Positions 13,383 to 29,319 of a DNA stretch of 64,000 nt are shown piece by piece (position 1 is the stretch's first letter; the number at the start of each line of letters is the position of its first letter). This DNA is from the human T2T-CHM13v2.0 reference genome, Homo sapiens. The stretch lies in assembly GCF_009914755.1 (NCBI RefSeq), contig NC_060934.1; one strand, 5' to 3'. The position numbers and the translations under genes were made by a program. The notes below the pieces were generated by a model. It ran no database searches. It was not told where the DNA came from and saw only the letters and a list, made by a program, of their open reading frames with translations.

Positions 13383-14000
13383 GTCTCCATACTCTTTAGG
13401 AACTAGAGGGTTTGCTCCGTGTCCCTTTTTCTTGTGCATCTGCCTGTGATTCCAGGTGCACTCTCTGCAAAACAGACTTCCCTGCTCGATCTGGTCACTG
13501 TTTTGGTCCTTACTAGGTAAGCTCTGTCTAGCTCTTCCTGTAAAAAGAAAACCTCTGCATTAAAGTTCCCGACAGCTTCATGAACTCATTCCCAGAATCA
13601 AACATGAGCCTAGAGAGCATGAGAGCAGTAATTTCATTAACGAACTAGTAAGTAGCTCACCAGATGCTGGCTTCCTGTTAGGCACTCTGCAGCATCTAGT
13701 GCCTGTGGCAGTACAAGATGGACCTCTGAGTCCTCGTGGTCGGCCCCGGGCACTGCTTTCAAACCCATCATTCTATAGACAGGTGGGAAGGACGACCTAC
13801 CATACTCCAAGACCATGCCTACAGGGCGGGCAGTCTGTACACACAGGGCAAACGGTCTTGTAGCTACTGAAATAACACAATGCTGATGTATTGCTAATTC
13901 AATTACAGGAATGTATTATACCATTGTTAAAATGAACTTCTATAAAACACAATGATACTAAAAACCACGTTAAATCCTCTTACATAAGAAACTCTTTTGA

Positions 14001-14524
<524 letters not shown>

Positions 14525-14764
14525 CTAGAGCCTGTGAGAAACCAGGCCTCAGGCCAAACGCCATAGCCTCCCCTCTAACCTGATGTTAAAATGCAGAACA
14601 CAACACCCTTGCACCTAAACACATTCCTGTGACAGCCACATTAGCACAGACTTTAACCATGACAACCCGAGAGACCATGTGTCAGCACACTGGCTTTCCT
14701 GAATCCACAGGTAGAAAGGATTTGGCACAGTGTGAGACAGAAAACACATGCTGCAAGGAAGTGA

Positions 14765-14920
14765 CTAAAGGTCAGGATTGTGCTTACCTTTGAGGGAAAG
14801 GGGGTCATGACTGGGAATGGGCAGAGCGGGCTTCTAGAGGGCTAGCAAATGTCTGTTTCCTGACCCGGGTGGTGGCAACTTGTCTTCACTTTGTGATCAT
14901 AAATTTGTTTTATATTCTTT
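14765..14920 (+). mobile_element. L1ME 3' fragment
   Basis: 'gtcaggattgtgcttacctttg', 'tgtctgtttcctgacccgggtggtgg'. Confidence 0.6.
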
Positions 14921-15298
14921 AAACTGCGCGACATTGTTTAAAGGCACCTGCAATATGACATTACTGCTAAACCAATACTCTAGTTTTTCCTCTTGGGATC
15001 ACACATCTCTAATGACCATGGGGCCAGTAAGACCACAAGCACATGAGATGATCAGAACTCAGCAATGTTCCCACAGGTGGGCATACACCCCGTAGCAAAG
15101 TCATTTGTTTATAAAGCTCTCAAAGCTATGCAACTCAAATGTAGTGGTAGTTAATGTGGCACTTTATGAGCAAGAAAGAACATTCAAAAAATGAGAATTA
15201 CCCACAGTTAATGGATTACAATAAAATAATGTTCTACTCATTGTCAAAATGCCATAGGGCAGCAGAAAATGAGACAATGGCAGATAATCAGATTATTT

Positions 15299-15412
15299 TT
15301 TTTATTTTTATTTTTATTTATTTATTTTTTAAGTTTTTTTTTCTTTTATTATTATACTTTAAGTTTTAGGGTACATGTGCACATTGTGCAGGTTAGTTAC
15401 ATATGTATACAT
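15299..15412 (-). mobile_element. Ultra-short 5'-truncated young L1 (L1PA2/3-like) with poly(A) tail
   Basis: 'ttattatactttaagttttagggtacatgtgcacattgtgcaggttagttacatatgtatacat' is the last ~64 nt of a young L1; TSD atcagattattt (15287-15298, 15411-15422). Confidence 0.92.
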
Positions 15413-16159
15413 CAGATTATTTAAAAGGGCTACGTTCACACTGGATGAACTTGCCCTAGTGCCCTCTCTGGTCTTCATGTCTCTCCACCATTCTCAGCTG
15501 GCTGCAGGTTTTGCCCCTTTCCTGGCACCCACTTTCTCCAGCCCCATATTGTAAGTCATTTGAGGGTTGGGGGAAGGGTTAGCAGAAGTAACTTTCTTCT
15601 TTTCCTCAATGGACTTCAAACTTTTTTTATCCTCCAAACGCTTTCCTTTGTCAGTTTTTTATTAAACAAGCAAGATATTTACATATCATTGCCTACCTTT
15701 CTTTCTCTCTAGAGTGAGTTTTGAAGGCACACAAATTGTCTTACTTAACTCAGTATCCCTGGGCTTAGTACACAGTGTCTTATACCTAGCAGACACACAA
15801 TAGGTCTTCAGAGAATGCACTAAAAAAATAAAAAATATATATTTTTATACAAAATCACATGTGTCATCTATACTGCCACTGAAGAACTTCCTGCTGCTGT
15901 AAAAAAGATGACAATGTAATCTACATCAGGGCAGTACTGACTTCTACTGTATCTGCTTGGAACAGAAAGTAAGCAGCACCCTTTGGGGTGGAGATTGGGA
16001 AAGCATTTGTCAATGCCACCATTTATGTTACACAAAAGATACGTCTGGAAAGAAGTGGTTAAGGGCATGGGTTTGGAAGTCAAGCACAATGAGTTAAAAT
16101 CTCAACTCTACCGAAAGTGTCCTGGATAAGCAACATATACGCTCTGAACCCTTCATTTC

Positions 16160-16660
16160 TGCCACAAGCTGCCAATTCCTAGGAATGACATAGCGTCTGA
16201 CTCCTTTGCCTCAAGTTGGCGTCAGATGCCTCCATCTTCTTCCTCTAGGAAGTCAACATAATAGTGTCCAGGGTCTGAGTTGCCTACGTTGGGGGTGAGT
16301 ACTAGTGGAGGTTAGGGGGCAACCTCATCAGGGATGCTGAGAAGGCCATCACTTCCTCCATCCCCGGCACCCAGTGTGTGCCCGTGACGATCAGGTGCTC
16401 CCACTCAGGACCTGGAAGCTGGAGCAAGCAACATAAGGAGACAGAGACAGAGGAGAATATGGAGATAACCACACTTACAGTGTCTGAACAGTGCCATCAG
16501 GGTGTCCTCACAAGGTGACACCAGCACAATGGTAGCTCACTGTTCCTATGGTATGGTTTTTGTTGTGGTTCTGGCAACCCAGTATTCCTTTGATAACTGC
16601 TGGATATTCTTTCAATAACTGCTTTTTCTGCTTAAGTTCTCATTTGCAACCAAGAATACA
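16160..16660 (+). mobile_element. Ancient ERVL-type LTR (subfamily uncertain)
   Basis: 3' end 'ttctttcaataactgctttttctgcttaag...ttgcaaccaagaataca'. Confidence 0.5.
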
Positions 16661-17254
16661 TGGATGGGGTGGGAAAGTTTTGACAACCTTTGGCTTTCGT
16701 AAGTGCAGGAGATGACAAAAATAAAACATCAAAAGAAGTGAAGCCAGAGAAGTGGTAACTTAGAAAACAAAACTGAGCAAAGATTTATACTGCAAAAGTA
16801 AAATTCAATGAGTCTGCCCCACTCTTTTTTTTTTAACCTTTAACCTTTGTGTTTGTTAAAGTATGAGGTATGTTTGCTGACAAACCTCCTTTGTTTGTGA
16901 AAACAGATGCTTTCTCTATTTGCCTGACACAGCAGAGGACACTAAAACCAGAAAACATATTGATTTTTACTTTACTCTGTTGACAGCTTCTTCTGTTTTT
17001 AAATTTCTCTCTGATTCTTGTATACTGGAAGGCTATGGGTTATTAAACCCCCTCACATTCAGTTCAGTTTAACAAATCTTTATTAAAGGACTACTTTATG
17101 CAAACACTATGGTATGCACTTATAGCCAAACTCATCACAAATGGAGATATTTCAACTCAAATTCAACTAGAAATTCTGTAATTAATGCTGGAAAATTTTT
17201 ATTTTAAATAGAAAACAGCAACCATTTTGTGAGCATTCTGAGTTATACACAGTA

Positions 17255-17904
<650 letters not shown>

Positions 17905-19099
17905 TATATTCTAGTGGTGTAAAACCAAGAAGTTCCTGGTGACCCATGAGCCAAATGCAACCCACAGACAGGTTTGGTTAACACACATGATGTTGGTGCT
18001 TTTTAAGATTTTTAATCAGTGACTTTAAAATCTGGATTTCCATGAAAATTGGAAGATCACCTCCCCACCCCCACTTGGGCTGCCACCTGGCAACGAGGAA
18101 CAGGCTCCAAGCAGCAGCTGCTCCTATTATACGGGGCAGGCGGCTCTCCAGTGTGTCTGAGTGCCCAACCTCCACTGTTATCTAACATCCGACCCACTTT
18201 GCCAATTTATGTTACCTGCATGGTCCTGAGAGGCCTTAGAGTTTGGGATTCTTGTTTTAGACACATCGCAAAGTGAGCTTAACAAAATAAACATAGACAC
18301 TCACATGCACACACTTATTTCAAATGCTTCAATTTTCTTTTTCCACAGGGGGAAAAGGGGGGAAAAGATATCCCTTCCTGCTTCAATCAAACAATCCTTG
18401 GATTTCAGACTTTCCAGAAATATTAAATTTCTAAACCACTGTATTTCTTATTTCATCACTGTATTTTTCATTTAAACGTTTTTAGAAAATGACAAAATAT
18501 TGTTTTGCCTCTCCATTTTATTCACTTGCCACCTTTAAGGTTTGGGGGAGGGGGTTGGGGACATTTGTCTAGTTCTCTAGAAAAAAAGCAGGTGGGATAA
18601 GAATTTCACAATTTTCTAAACACTTTTGCTTTGACCATCACATACCTAAAATATATCAAACATCCGAATCTTATAAACAAAAAGCATCTAGTACCATAAG
18701 AGCAATATTTTTAAACAGGTGCATGTATACATTTTTATTTCTTCCAAACGTTTTCTTCCTCCCAGTAAAAGAAGGAAGATAAATTTTCCCACTTTTTATT
18801 CTTACATAGCATCAAACAGAGCTTGAAAATAGCCACCAAAAAAAGCTTGGTAAATGCATGAATGCTTGGATGAAGGAAGAATGGAATGAAGGAATGAACA
18901 CTTGAAAGAACAAAACAACATTATTTTTGAGCCAAAGGGAGCCACCAGCGTCCCTTGCTGTCTACCCTCCAGTTGCCTAAATTCCCTTCCTTCACTATGT
19001 CTAAGCCCATCCCTTCAGAATTCCCATCATTCCCATCCAATTCATCAGTTTTAGGTTCACCTTCCTAAACTGCCTTACTCTACTCAAAGCAAAGACTGA

Positions 19100-19221
19100 A
19101 GGCGGTGCTGTGGCTTGTGCCTATAGTTCCAGCTACTCAGGAGGCTGAGGCAGGAGGATCACTTGAGTCCAGGGTTCCAGAAGAGCCTGGGAAACACAGT
19201 GAGACCCCATATCAAAAAAAA
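19100..19221 (+). mobile_element. Alu monomer (FLAM/FAM-like)
   Basis: Single arm 'ccagctactcaggaggctgaggcaggaggatcacttgag' plus A tail. Confidence 0.75.
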
Positions 19222-19399
19222 GTAAAGTTTGTTTTTTTAAAAGATAGTACACACAAATTATTTTTACAACACTGTAAACACTTTTCCCCTATATTAATGA
19301 AGGTAAGCAACCTACAGTACACCAACGTGTCATTTCTTTGTTGAAAAGAAGCAAGGAATGTAAGTGCTGTGAGGGCGCTTACAGACATAGTAAAGAGTG

Positions 19400-19861
19400 T
19401 GCAGCCCTGTTCACAATAGTAAAGACTTGGAACCAACCCAAACGCCTGTCAATGACAGGCTGGATAAAGAAAATGTGGCACATATACACCATGGAATACT
19501 ATGCAGCCATAAAAAAGGGTGAGTTCATGTCCTTTGTAGGGACATGGATGAAGCTGGAAACCATAATTCTCAGCAAACTAACACAGGAACAGAAAACCAA
19601 ACACCGCATATTCTCACTCATTCATAAGTGGGAATTGAACAATGAGAACACATGGTCACAGGGAGGGGAACATCACACACTGGGGCCTGTCGGGGGGTGG
19701 GAGCCTAGGGGAGGGATAGCATTAGGAGAAATACCTAACGTAGATAACAGGTTGATGGGTGCAGCAAACCACCATGGCACGTGTATACCTGTGTAACAAA
19801 CCTGCACATTCTGCACATGTATCCCAGAACTTAAAGTATTAAAAAAAAAAAAAAAAAAAAA
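19400..19861 (+). mobile_element. L1PA7/8-like 5'-truncated L1 (ORF2 C-terminus + 3'UTR)
   Basis: ORF 19338-19796 contains L1 ORF2 C-terminal 'WIKKMWHIYTMEYYAAIKK..WMKLETIILSKL'; poly(A); TSD aaagagtg. Confidence 0.93.
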
Positions 19862-21195
19862 GAGTGGTTTAGACGTTCACTTTTTTGGAAAGGATGAAAA
19901 GTAAGGATGCCAGGGAATGGAGGAACCTGACATAGCAGAAAGAAGACTGGTTTTAGAGTTGGTAGAAAGTTCTTTCTATCCTTCCTGTATAAACCAGTTG
20001 TTAGGTTCTCTGGGTTAGGTAGGGACTCTGCAGTTTCTTCCTTCAAAAATCTCTCCCATGGAAATGGTGCTCCACTGGCCTAGCTCAGCATGAGTAGGAG
20101 GTAGCAAACAGCTTTACTGGTCATTTGTCTGCTTTGGTTTAGTGCACTGTGGGGTAGATTTCTTATCAGAAAACAGGTATGTCATCTCTAGAAAGAAGAA
20201 AAAACATGGTAGCTCAATTTCCCCCAAACAAATAATTTTTAAAAATTTTTAAAGAAAAACAAAGTTTTTTCTACCAGGGAAGCAATAGCATGTGGTCATT
20301 AAAATCATGGACCTCAGAACTGAGGTCAGTGCTGATTCAGCCACTCCTATGCAAGCTGGATGGTAGCTTCCCCTCCTAAAGTCTTCATGTCCCCTCCAAA
20401 GAAGCTGGGGTGATCCCTCCCTTAGGAGGCTAGTGTAAGCCTGTAACAAGACCCCAAGACTGCATCTGGCACCTAGCAGGCCACGGTGACAATAATTGTG
20501 GTTAATCTTCTCCCTTGCTCTTTTTCAAGGCCGCCTGCTGACCTTCTAGGAATTTATGGTTACATTTCTTAAAACCATTTTACATTAACAAAGCACTGCT
20601 AACTGTGGACCCTCCAAGGAAAAGATGTCATGAAAACTAATGGAAAGCTTTTCTAGGTTTCCCAGCTTCTTATTCCCCGAGCAAAATGCTGGAAAAATAG
20701 AAGGTATTAGCCTCATAGTCTTTACTAATTGAACCAGCCTTCCTTACTTGCAGAAAAAGCCACACGACAAGCATCTCAACGTCTTGGTCTCTCAATACCA
20801 AAGGTACTAAAGGATGAGGGCTCAATTATGCAAACATCACTGTGCTTAACAGAAACCCTCTTCCAGTAAATCCATTATTAATCCTCAGGTCAATCCTTAC
20901 AATGTTAATGATTCAGAGGAAATGGGCATTCCTTGTAGACTTCAACTATTATGACATTTTAAAAAATAATCTTGAGAAAAATCAACATAATCTGGACCTT
21001 ATGAGTATAGCTAGTGCCACTGCATTACATGTGAAATTCTTTTTAAAAATAAGAATAAAGACCCAATGAGTGAAATGAGAGACAGGCCCAATCAAGGTCT
21101 ATGAGCCACTGGTCTGTACTCATGGTGCCCTATTAAGGTCCTAATAACATAGTATTGAGGGCCTTTTGATTCTCTGCTATTTAAAAAAAGGGTAG

Positions 21196-21520
21196 AGCCA
21201 CACAAAGTGGCTCACACTTAACAATCTGAGCACTTTTGGAGCCCAAGGCAGGAGAATTGCTTAAGCCCAGGACTTTGAGACCAGCCTAAGCAACATAAAG
21301 ATCCTATTTCTACAAAAACTTTTTAAAAAACATTAGCCAGGCATGGTGGCATGTGCCTGTAATCCCAGCTACTCAGGAGGCTGAGGTGGGGGGATCACTT
21401 GAGCTCAGGCAGTCAAGGCTACAGAGAGCTATGATCACACCACTGCACTCCAGCCCGGTCATCAGACAACAGAGAGACCCTGTCTTTAAAAAATAAAATA
21501 ATACATTTTTAAATAAAATA
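21196..21520 (+). mobile_element. AluJ
   Basis: Diverged dimeric Alu with J-type 'gatcacttgagctcagg..gtcaaggct...gctatgatc'. Confidence 0.85.
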
Positions 21521-22129
21521 AATTAAAATTTATTAAATGGTAAAAGAAACTGATTCTACCCATGATCCTTCTGGATAAGCTAACTGCCAAGACAGTCTTT
21601 GCCTCTGGCAAGAATTTTACCAAGTCCAACTGCAAACACTTGTTATCCCTTGCTGACCAAAGTTCTAATCAAATTACTAGCAAGAAATAGAATAACCAAT
21701 AGCTGCCTAATAAATTTTTTTATAAACAAATACTTTTTCCTTTAGTGTCCATGAAGGAAAAGCAAACTTAAATAAGTAAAAAGATTAAGAAAATATATCT
21801 ACATGAGGCTACTTTGCTATTGCCCAGGCAGCTCACATTCCCTCCCCTAGAAATGTCATGAACAGACCAATATCAATTTCAATAGTTAAGACTTTAAAGG
21901 AATGCAATGGTCATTAAGAAAAGACAAAGGCTGAAGACTCAGAAGGATATTAACTAAGGAAAGCAAATTGGAATCGGGATACAATTTAAGCAAAGCCTGG
22001 CACCTTTTCCATTTCCTGCAGTGAGTCCTGCTGTATCTGGGAGGTTGGCACACGGAGAGTGGCATCACATAGTGTCCAGCACATCACAATATTTGAGTAT
22101 ACTTACAGAATAATATAGTAATATATAAT

Positions 22130-22500
22130 AGAATGATAATAACATCTGCTGTGTATTTAACGCATACTATGTGTCAGGCATGTACTTAAGCACTAGACAT
22201 ATCTAATGTGCATATATATACACATATATATGACAGATATAAAAATCTGTATATTTATGTGGGTATAAAACCAATATTTATATATAGAAATCTTATGAAT
22301 GTGTAAATACACACATAAGTATATGCACACATACATATAATCTCATTTAATCCTTAAAATCACTCCGAGGCAAATGGCATCCTCATTTTGCAGGTAAGAA
22401 AAATAGGAGTTTAGAAGGTTAAGTAACTTTGATACGGTCACAGTCACAGCAATTGCACCTAGATCTGTCCCATCTGTTTCAGAACCTGGGCTCTTACACA
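22130..22500 (-). mobile_element. MIR split by a TA-rich tract
   Basis: 'tactatgtgtcaggca', 'tctcatttaatcctt', 'aggttaagtaactt'. Confidence 0.65.
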
Positions 22501-25323
22501 TCACCAAAGAAGGTTCTAATGACAACTGAAGACCAACAAAGGAAAATGAGAGAGAATCTACCACCATGTATCTTGTAACAGTTCTGACAACAAGGTCAGC
22601 CACCTATCTCTTTAGCTAGGAAGAGAATTGCATCAGGTATTCTCTGGCCCCTGACCACACTGTGTTGTGTAAGTCCAGGACCCAGGACAAAGGCCACCTC
22701 CTGCAGGGTTGTGTCCCTTCTTCTAGGCAAAATGAAGCAACTTCTGAAACTACCTGGAATTAGCTTTGTAACCAAGGATACTAGAGTACTGTAGAATACA
22801 AGGTAACCCAAACACCACAGGTTTTCCAGATAATTGAGTAATCAGAGTCTATGCGCCCTCCTTTTGTGAGGGAAGGGTGGTAACGAGGTAAATCTCCACC
22901 TGCTGCTTGTTCTCTAACATTCTCATCCATTTGCCAACACCTAAAAAATTCACAATTCCTTGCCTGTGAAATGACAGAATTCACTGTTTCAAATGTGCTC
23001 TGCAGTGTTGTCAAGGTCTCTTCAGTTGTTATGGGAGGGGAGGTAGGAGATGGGTTGGGGGAAGAAGGGAGAGAGAGAGGAGAGGGGTGATGGGAGGGAC
23101 CCTTCCACCCCAGCAGCTACACAATCATCTGTTTTGTACACTGAGTTTTTGCATAAGAATGTATTTGAAGAACAGTTTTCATTTCTAAAACTATGACTCT
23201 ATGCCTTTGCCAAAATAAATAGAAAACACTGTACTGCAAAGATGCTTAGGTTGCTTGATTTTTTAAAAACCAAATACACATAAATTGTGAGTGCCTATCA
23301 GTTAGAAAAAGATCCTTTTTGTATTTATATAGTAATGAAATAAATTATAGGACCTGTCTCATCTCCACCATTTAAAACAGAACACAAATCAGCGTTTTCA
23401 ACACCAAGAGAGAACCCTCCAGAAGACCTAGCACCCCTAGACTAGCTTTCCTCTCAGAACTTTCTGTCCCTATTATCACTGTTGCACCAGGGTAAACATT
23501 CTATGTACCTTGAAAGTTTGGCCCAAATCACATGATCATCTCAATAGCTGCAGAAAAAGCATCTAACAAAATTCAACAGGATGTTTTAAATTTCACCATA
23601 AAAACTGTCAAATTAAGTATAACTTACCCCAACAAAATAAGGGTCATACATGAAAAGCCCATAGCTAACATCATACTCAATGGAGAAAAACTGAAAGCTT
23701 TTCCTCTAAGATCTGGAATACACAAGAATGCCCCACACTCACTACTTCTATTCAATATGGTACGAGACGTCCCAGCCAGAGCAATGAGGCAAGAAAAGAT
23801 ATAAAAGGTATCCAATGTAAAACTATCTGTTTGCATATAACATAATCTTATATGTAGAAAACCCTAAAGATCCTACCAAAAAACTGTTAGAATAAATGAA
23901 TTCAATACAAAAACAATGAGTTGTGTTTCTGTACACCAACAAAACAATCCAAAAAGGAAACTAAGAACAACTCATTTACAGTAGCACCAAATAGAATAAA
24001 ATACTTAGAAATAAACCTAACCTGGGAGGTAACATACTTGTACACAAAACTATAAAACTTTGCTCATAAATGTAAAGATTTCGTGTATTCATGGATAGGA
24101 AGAATTAATATTGCTAAAATGTCTATACTACCCAAAGCAATTTACAGTTTCAATGCAATCCTGATCAAATTCCCAAAGAAAATTTTTTACAGGAATAGAA
24201 AGACAAAAATCCTAAAATTTGTATGAAACCACAAAAGGCCCCAAATAGTCAAAAGAATTTTAAGCAAGAAAAACAAAGAACAAAGCTGGAAATATCACAC
24301 TTCCTGATCTCAAAATATATTATGAAGCTACAGTAATGAAAACATTATGGTACTGGCATAAAGATAAACATACAGATCAATAGAACAGAATAAACAATGC
24401 AGAAATAAACCCATGTACATATAGCCAATTGATCTTCAAGAAAGGTGCCAAGAACACACAATGGGGCAAGGATAGTCTCTTCAATAAAGGGTTCTGGGAA
24501 AGCTGGATATCTATATCCAAAAGAATGGAATTGAACCATGTCTTACATCATATACAAAAATTTACTCAAAATGGATTAAGGATTTGTACATAAGATCTGA
24601 AACTATACAATTCTTAGAAGAAAACACAGGGGGGAAGCTTCTTGATATTAGATTTGGCAATGATTCCTTGGATATAACACCAAAAGCACAGGTAAGAAAA
24701 GCAAAAATAGATATGGTATTATACAGCAAAGAAAAGAATCAACGGAGTGAAAAGGCAACCTATGGAATGGGGGAAATATTTGCAAACCTTATATCTGAAA
24801 AAAGATTAACATCTATTACATATAAAGAACTCCAAAAACTCAATAGCAATAAAAACAAATAACCCAATTTAAAAATGAGCATTGAACAGACATATCTCCA
24901 AAGAAGACATCCAAGTAGCCAAGAGGTTTATGACCAAATGCTCAACATCACTAATCATCAGGGAAATGCAAATCAAAACCACAATGAGATATCACCTCAC
25001 ACCTGTGAGAATGGCTATTATTTAAAAGACAAAAGATAACAAGTGCTAGTAAGGTCAGGGAGAAGTTGGAACCCTTGCACACTACTGGTGGGAATGTAAA
25101 TTGCAACTGCTATAGAAGGCAAGATAGAAATTTCTCAAAAAGTTAAAAACTACCATATGACCCAGTGATCCCACTTGTGGGTATATATCCAAAAGAACTG
25201 AAATCAGGATCTTGAGGAGATACCTGCATGCTCATGTTTATCACAACATTATTCACAACAGCCATGATATGGAAACAATACAGAGGTCCATCAACAGATG
25301 AATGGATAAAGAAAAATGTGGTA

Positions 25324-25497
25324 CCGTAGGAAGATGTTGAATGTTTCCAACACAAAGAAATGACAAATGTTTCCGATGATGAATATGCTAATTACCCTGA
25401 TCTGATCACACCACATCATATGTATTGAAATCTCACTATGTATCCCATAAGTACATGTAATTATTATATGTCAATTAAAAGAATAAACATTTTAAAA
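25324..25497 (+). mobile_element. Short L1MA (MA4/5-like) 3' end nested in the older L1
   Basis: 'caacacaaagaaatgacaaatgttt...tatgctaattaccctgatctgatca'; flanked by aagaaaa(a)tgtggt duplication. Confidence 0.75.
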
Positions 25498-25510
25498 AGA
25501 AAATGTGGTG

Positions 25511-25520
25511 TATATATATA

Positions 25521-25578
<58 letters not shown>
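25511..25578. repeat. (TA)n microsatellite, pure (TA)25 at 25529-25578
   Basis: Read directly. Confidence 0.95.
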
Positions 25579-25583
<5 letters not shown>

Positions 25584-25864
25584 AAGTATTACTCAGCCTT
25601 AAAAAAGAGGAAAATTCGACCATGTGAAACAACATAGACGTGGAAGACGTTATGTTAAGTGAAATAAGTCAGTCACAGAAGGACAAATACTACATGATTA
25701 CCAGGGAACGGGGGTGGATATGGGCAGCTGTTGTTCTATAGATATGAAGTTACATACAAAACAAAATGAGTAAGTTCCATACATAGTACAACATAGTGTA
25801 CAATATAGTGCCTATAGTTAACAATAAGACATTATGCACTTAAAAATTTAAGAAGGTATATCTG

Positions 25865-26157
<293 letters not shown>

Positions 26158-29100
26158 AGAGGGTATATCTCACATTAAGTGTTCTTACCCCCGTCACCCT
26201 CCTCCCCCCACACACAAAGGACACAGGAAACTTTTGGAGGTGATAGATATGTTTATTATCTCGACTGTGGTGGTGGTAATACAATACAAGTGTATACATA
26301 TGTCCAAACTCATCAAATTGTATACATTAATTATGTGAAGGTTTTTGTATACAAATTATATCTCAATAAGGCTAGGGAAAAAACAAAAGCAAGAAAGCTA
26401 TGGCCCAAGCATAAATACATTTCCAATACCTTCTGAAAGGCTTTTTAAGTTCCACAGAAAATCAAAACAGAAATAAAGCAAAGAAGTATAACTGTTCATG
26501 CTAACACATGTTTCTGATCTTCCCAGAGCTGTTTTACTCCCAGAGCCCTAGCCCCATTCACATCCTGCCTGAGCTATGTCCACTACAGCACCAACCTCAG
26601 CGGCATCTGCCTTGCCTCTTCCTTTCCCTCTGGCATCACTTCCCATGTTAGAGAGAGTGGAACCTACAGACACTTTCCCAGCAAAAGTCAAGCAGGAGAT
26701 GGGAACCACACCAACCACCTAACACTGTATTACTCGGCCCCAGCTTCTGATCCATGAGGTACCCACTGAGAAGACAGGTAATGGATGTGCTGAGGCAGCT
26801 CACCCTGCAGGTGAGACCCAACTTCTTTAAACACAATGGCCAGTTCATCCTCATTATAGACCCAACAGTAAATCTCTCAGAGAATGTCATAACTGTGACC
26901 TCCACACAGGCATCATATACTGAGGTCTCTTGTGAAAAGCCAGCAACCTCTGAAGCCCCTGATCGAGTACACTCATCTCAGAGTCACCCTTGTCCCCACT
27001 TTCCTCCCAGCAGCCACCACAGCTGCCACTGGAGGAGCACGCCCCTTTTGGCAGAATAGCCAAATTCCATAAATGCCACCCTTTCTTCTCATCCCCCTCC
27101 AAAAGCAGGGGGAGTCCCATAATAGATAGAATATTTCATTCATGCTCTGTCTGAAGAACAATTTTTCCCATAGAAAAGCTGGGCACGTGAATTCTCAACC
27201 AGATGAGGGGCCTATTCATAACAATCTCAAATGACTAATGACAAAGCTGTTGTCTGTCTCATAATAGCTCACAAATTTTTTGAATCAGAAAATCATCTAT
27301 GTCATAAGTGCAACCCTTCATTTCCGGAGAGCACTTTTGATGTCACCCATTGCACCACATGTATATACATAAGCTTCTGCCAATAGAAGTGTGTTAAAGA
27401 ATCCAAATTATAATTACCACATGCTAAGTGCCAACACCATGGTGGCAAAAGAAAAGAATGTGAAACAATGGTTGTCCTATGGGCAAATATTCTAAATCCA
27501 CTTGGAAACTGTAAGTATTTGGCTCTTCCTTGGCTCTTTTATCCTGTCATCTATAAATACTGCATAGAGCTGGGACTTAAAGCCCTGGGAGTGAACTAGT
27601 TCTAGGCAAGATCAGAAACTGGTAGTATCTACAAAGAACAGTGATAGTTTTCCTTTTCATAAAAAAGGTTTAGTTTCTTTGGCTGGCCCTCAGAATTCAG
27701 AGGAGTCTTTTGGAAGACTCAGGCTGCTTCCGTTAAGCTAGGGGTAACTTGCTTGGGCTGGAGCTTTAAAAGTGCACTTGTGGCAGAGGCAACAACTGTG
27801 ATGATCAACGGGGATGACACAGCTCAGGAAAACCCAATCTGGGTGATGGTCAGTTAATTTGTCATCTTCTGCATGGTTCCCTCTTAGCAATAAAAACCCT
27901 TGTCTATGTCTTTAATGGACATAGCTCCTACAGTTCATTTCACTACCATATACATTAGGAACAAGAAGACAGATTTGGAGAGCATGAAGAAGACATAAAA
28001 AAAGTATAGAGAAAGGCAGGAGTAGCTAATTAAACAACAACAACAACAAAAGGTCCCTTTCCTAACGTGCAAGAATTCGTAATTTATTCATATTTAGTCC
28101 TTTTAAGAAACCCAACAAACAACCAGGCATCTCTGCAGTACTGTCCTTCCTCTTAATTTTAATGCAACCTCAAAATAATATAAAAAATTACCCCTAGATT
28201 GTTTGTGGCTTTAATAACAAGAGAGAAAGGAACTTTCTACATTTAGGAAACCTCTGAATCTGATTTCCTCAAAGGTTCATAGAGTAATAACAGGCCAACG
28301 CTTTTAAGTGGAAAGCAATTTCTCTGTTTTGCACACAGCCCTGCACATGCAAGGGGAAGTATCTTGGGCAAGCTTCCATAGCAATCAGCATGAAAGCAGA
28401 GAGGCTTTCCTTTCCTTTCCTTTCCCAGTGGTGAAGTTACAGCTATTAAAGGGCTGCTACTGCACAGAGCTGCGAAGCTTGTGAAGGGGACTTCTGTTAT
28501 CTAATCAGCGCCAGGGCCAGAAATGACCATGTTGGTTACTACACAATGACTAAGTGTTCCAGTAAGCTAGAAGGAAGGACTGGTATTTGACAGAGGATAC
28601 ATGTAACGTTCAGAAAAGACAAGAAGCAACTGAGCTTATCACCTCAAGGAGCAGATCATGAAATAATCCAAGGTCAGTTAGCCTATAGTAAAAGAACCAC
28701 TCTGCTCTTCTAAAACTGCTTAATTTTTGCAGAGACCTGCTATCAGAAAGGCTAACAATAGCTTTTTACCTGTTCTCTGATGGTCTGAGCTTGAATGCTT
28801 TGTGGAAGCATTTATGAGGGATCAAAACCACAAATACAGCCCCGCTCCCTTTGTGGTATTTATGTCCAGTCTCTTTAGCCTGCGGGAATGCCCTTTGTGG
28901 GTGGTCAAGGACAAATGGCATTAAAACCTATTAATTCAGCTTTTCATGTAAGAAGACTTAATGTGTCAGCTGCATTTTAATCTAAGGATTATATGCTTAC
29001 CCTTGGAAAATTCTTTCAGGAACATCAATAAGGATTTTTTTCTACAATTTTTATTTTTTATCACAAGGCCCAATTATCATTTATAAATTTATTGGTATTT

Positions 29101-29319
29101 TAACGCCTGAAATAAAAGCTCTTAGCTAAGAAAAAGAGGCAGCTGCTGCACAGTTAACAAGAAAGCCAAGATCTCTGCTAAGACCATCTAAATATATACC
29201 ATGCTTTAAAAAATAATAGAACACCAAGCTAATGCTCACCACCGCAGGTATGTGTTTGAACAAATACCAATGCTGCAAATTCTGACCTGGATTTTTTTTT
29301 TAAGACTTCTATATTGATT

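Noticed and set aside
19338-19796. 152-aa ORF
   Set aside because: L1 ORF2 C-terminus running into the L1 3'UTR; not a host gene
26650-27060. Possible ERV gag-like remnant or coding exon
   Set aside because: Only a vague resemblance; no collinear motifs I can support without a search
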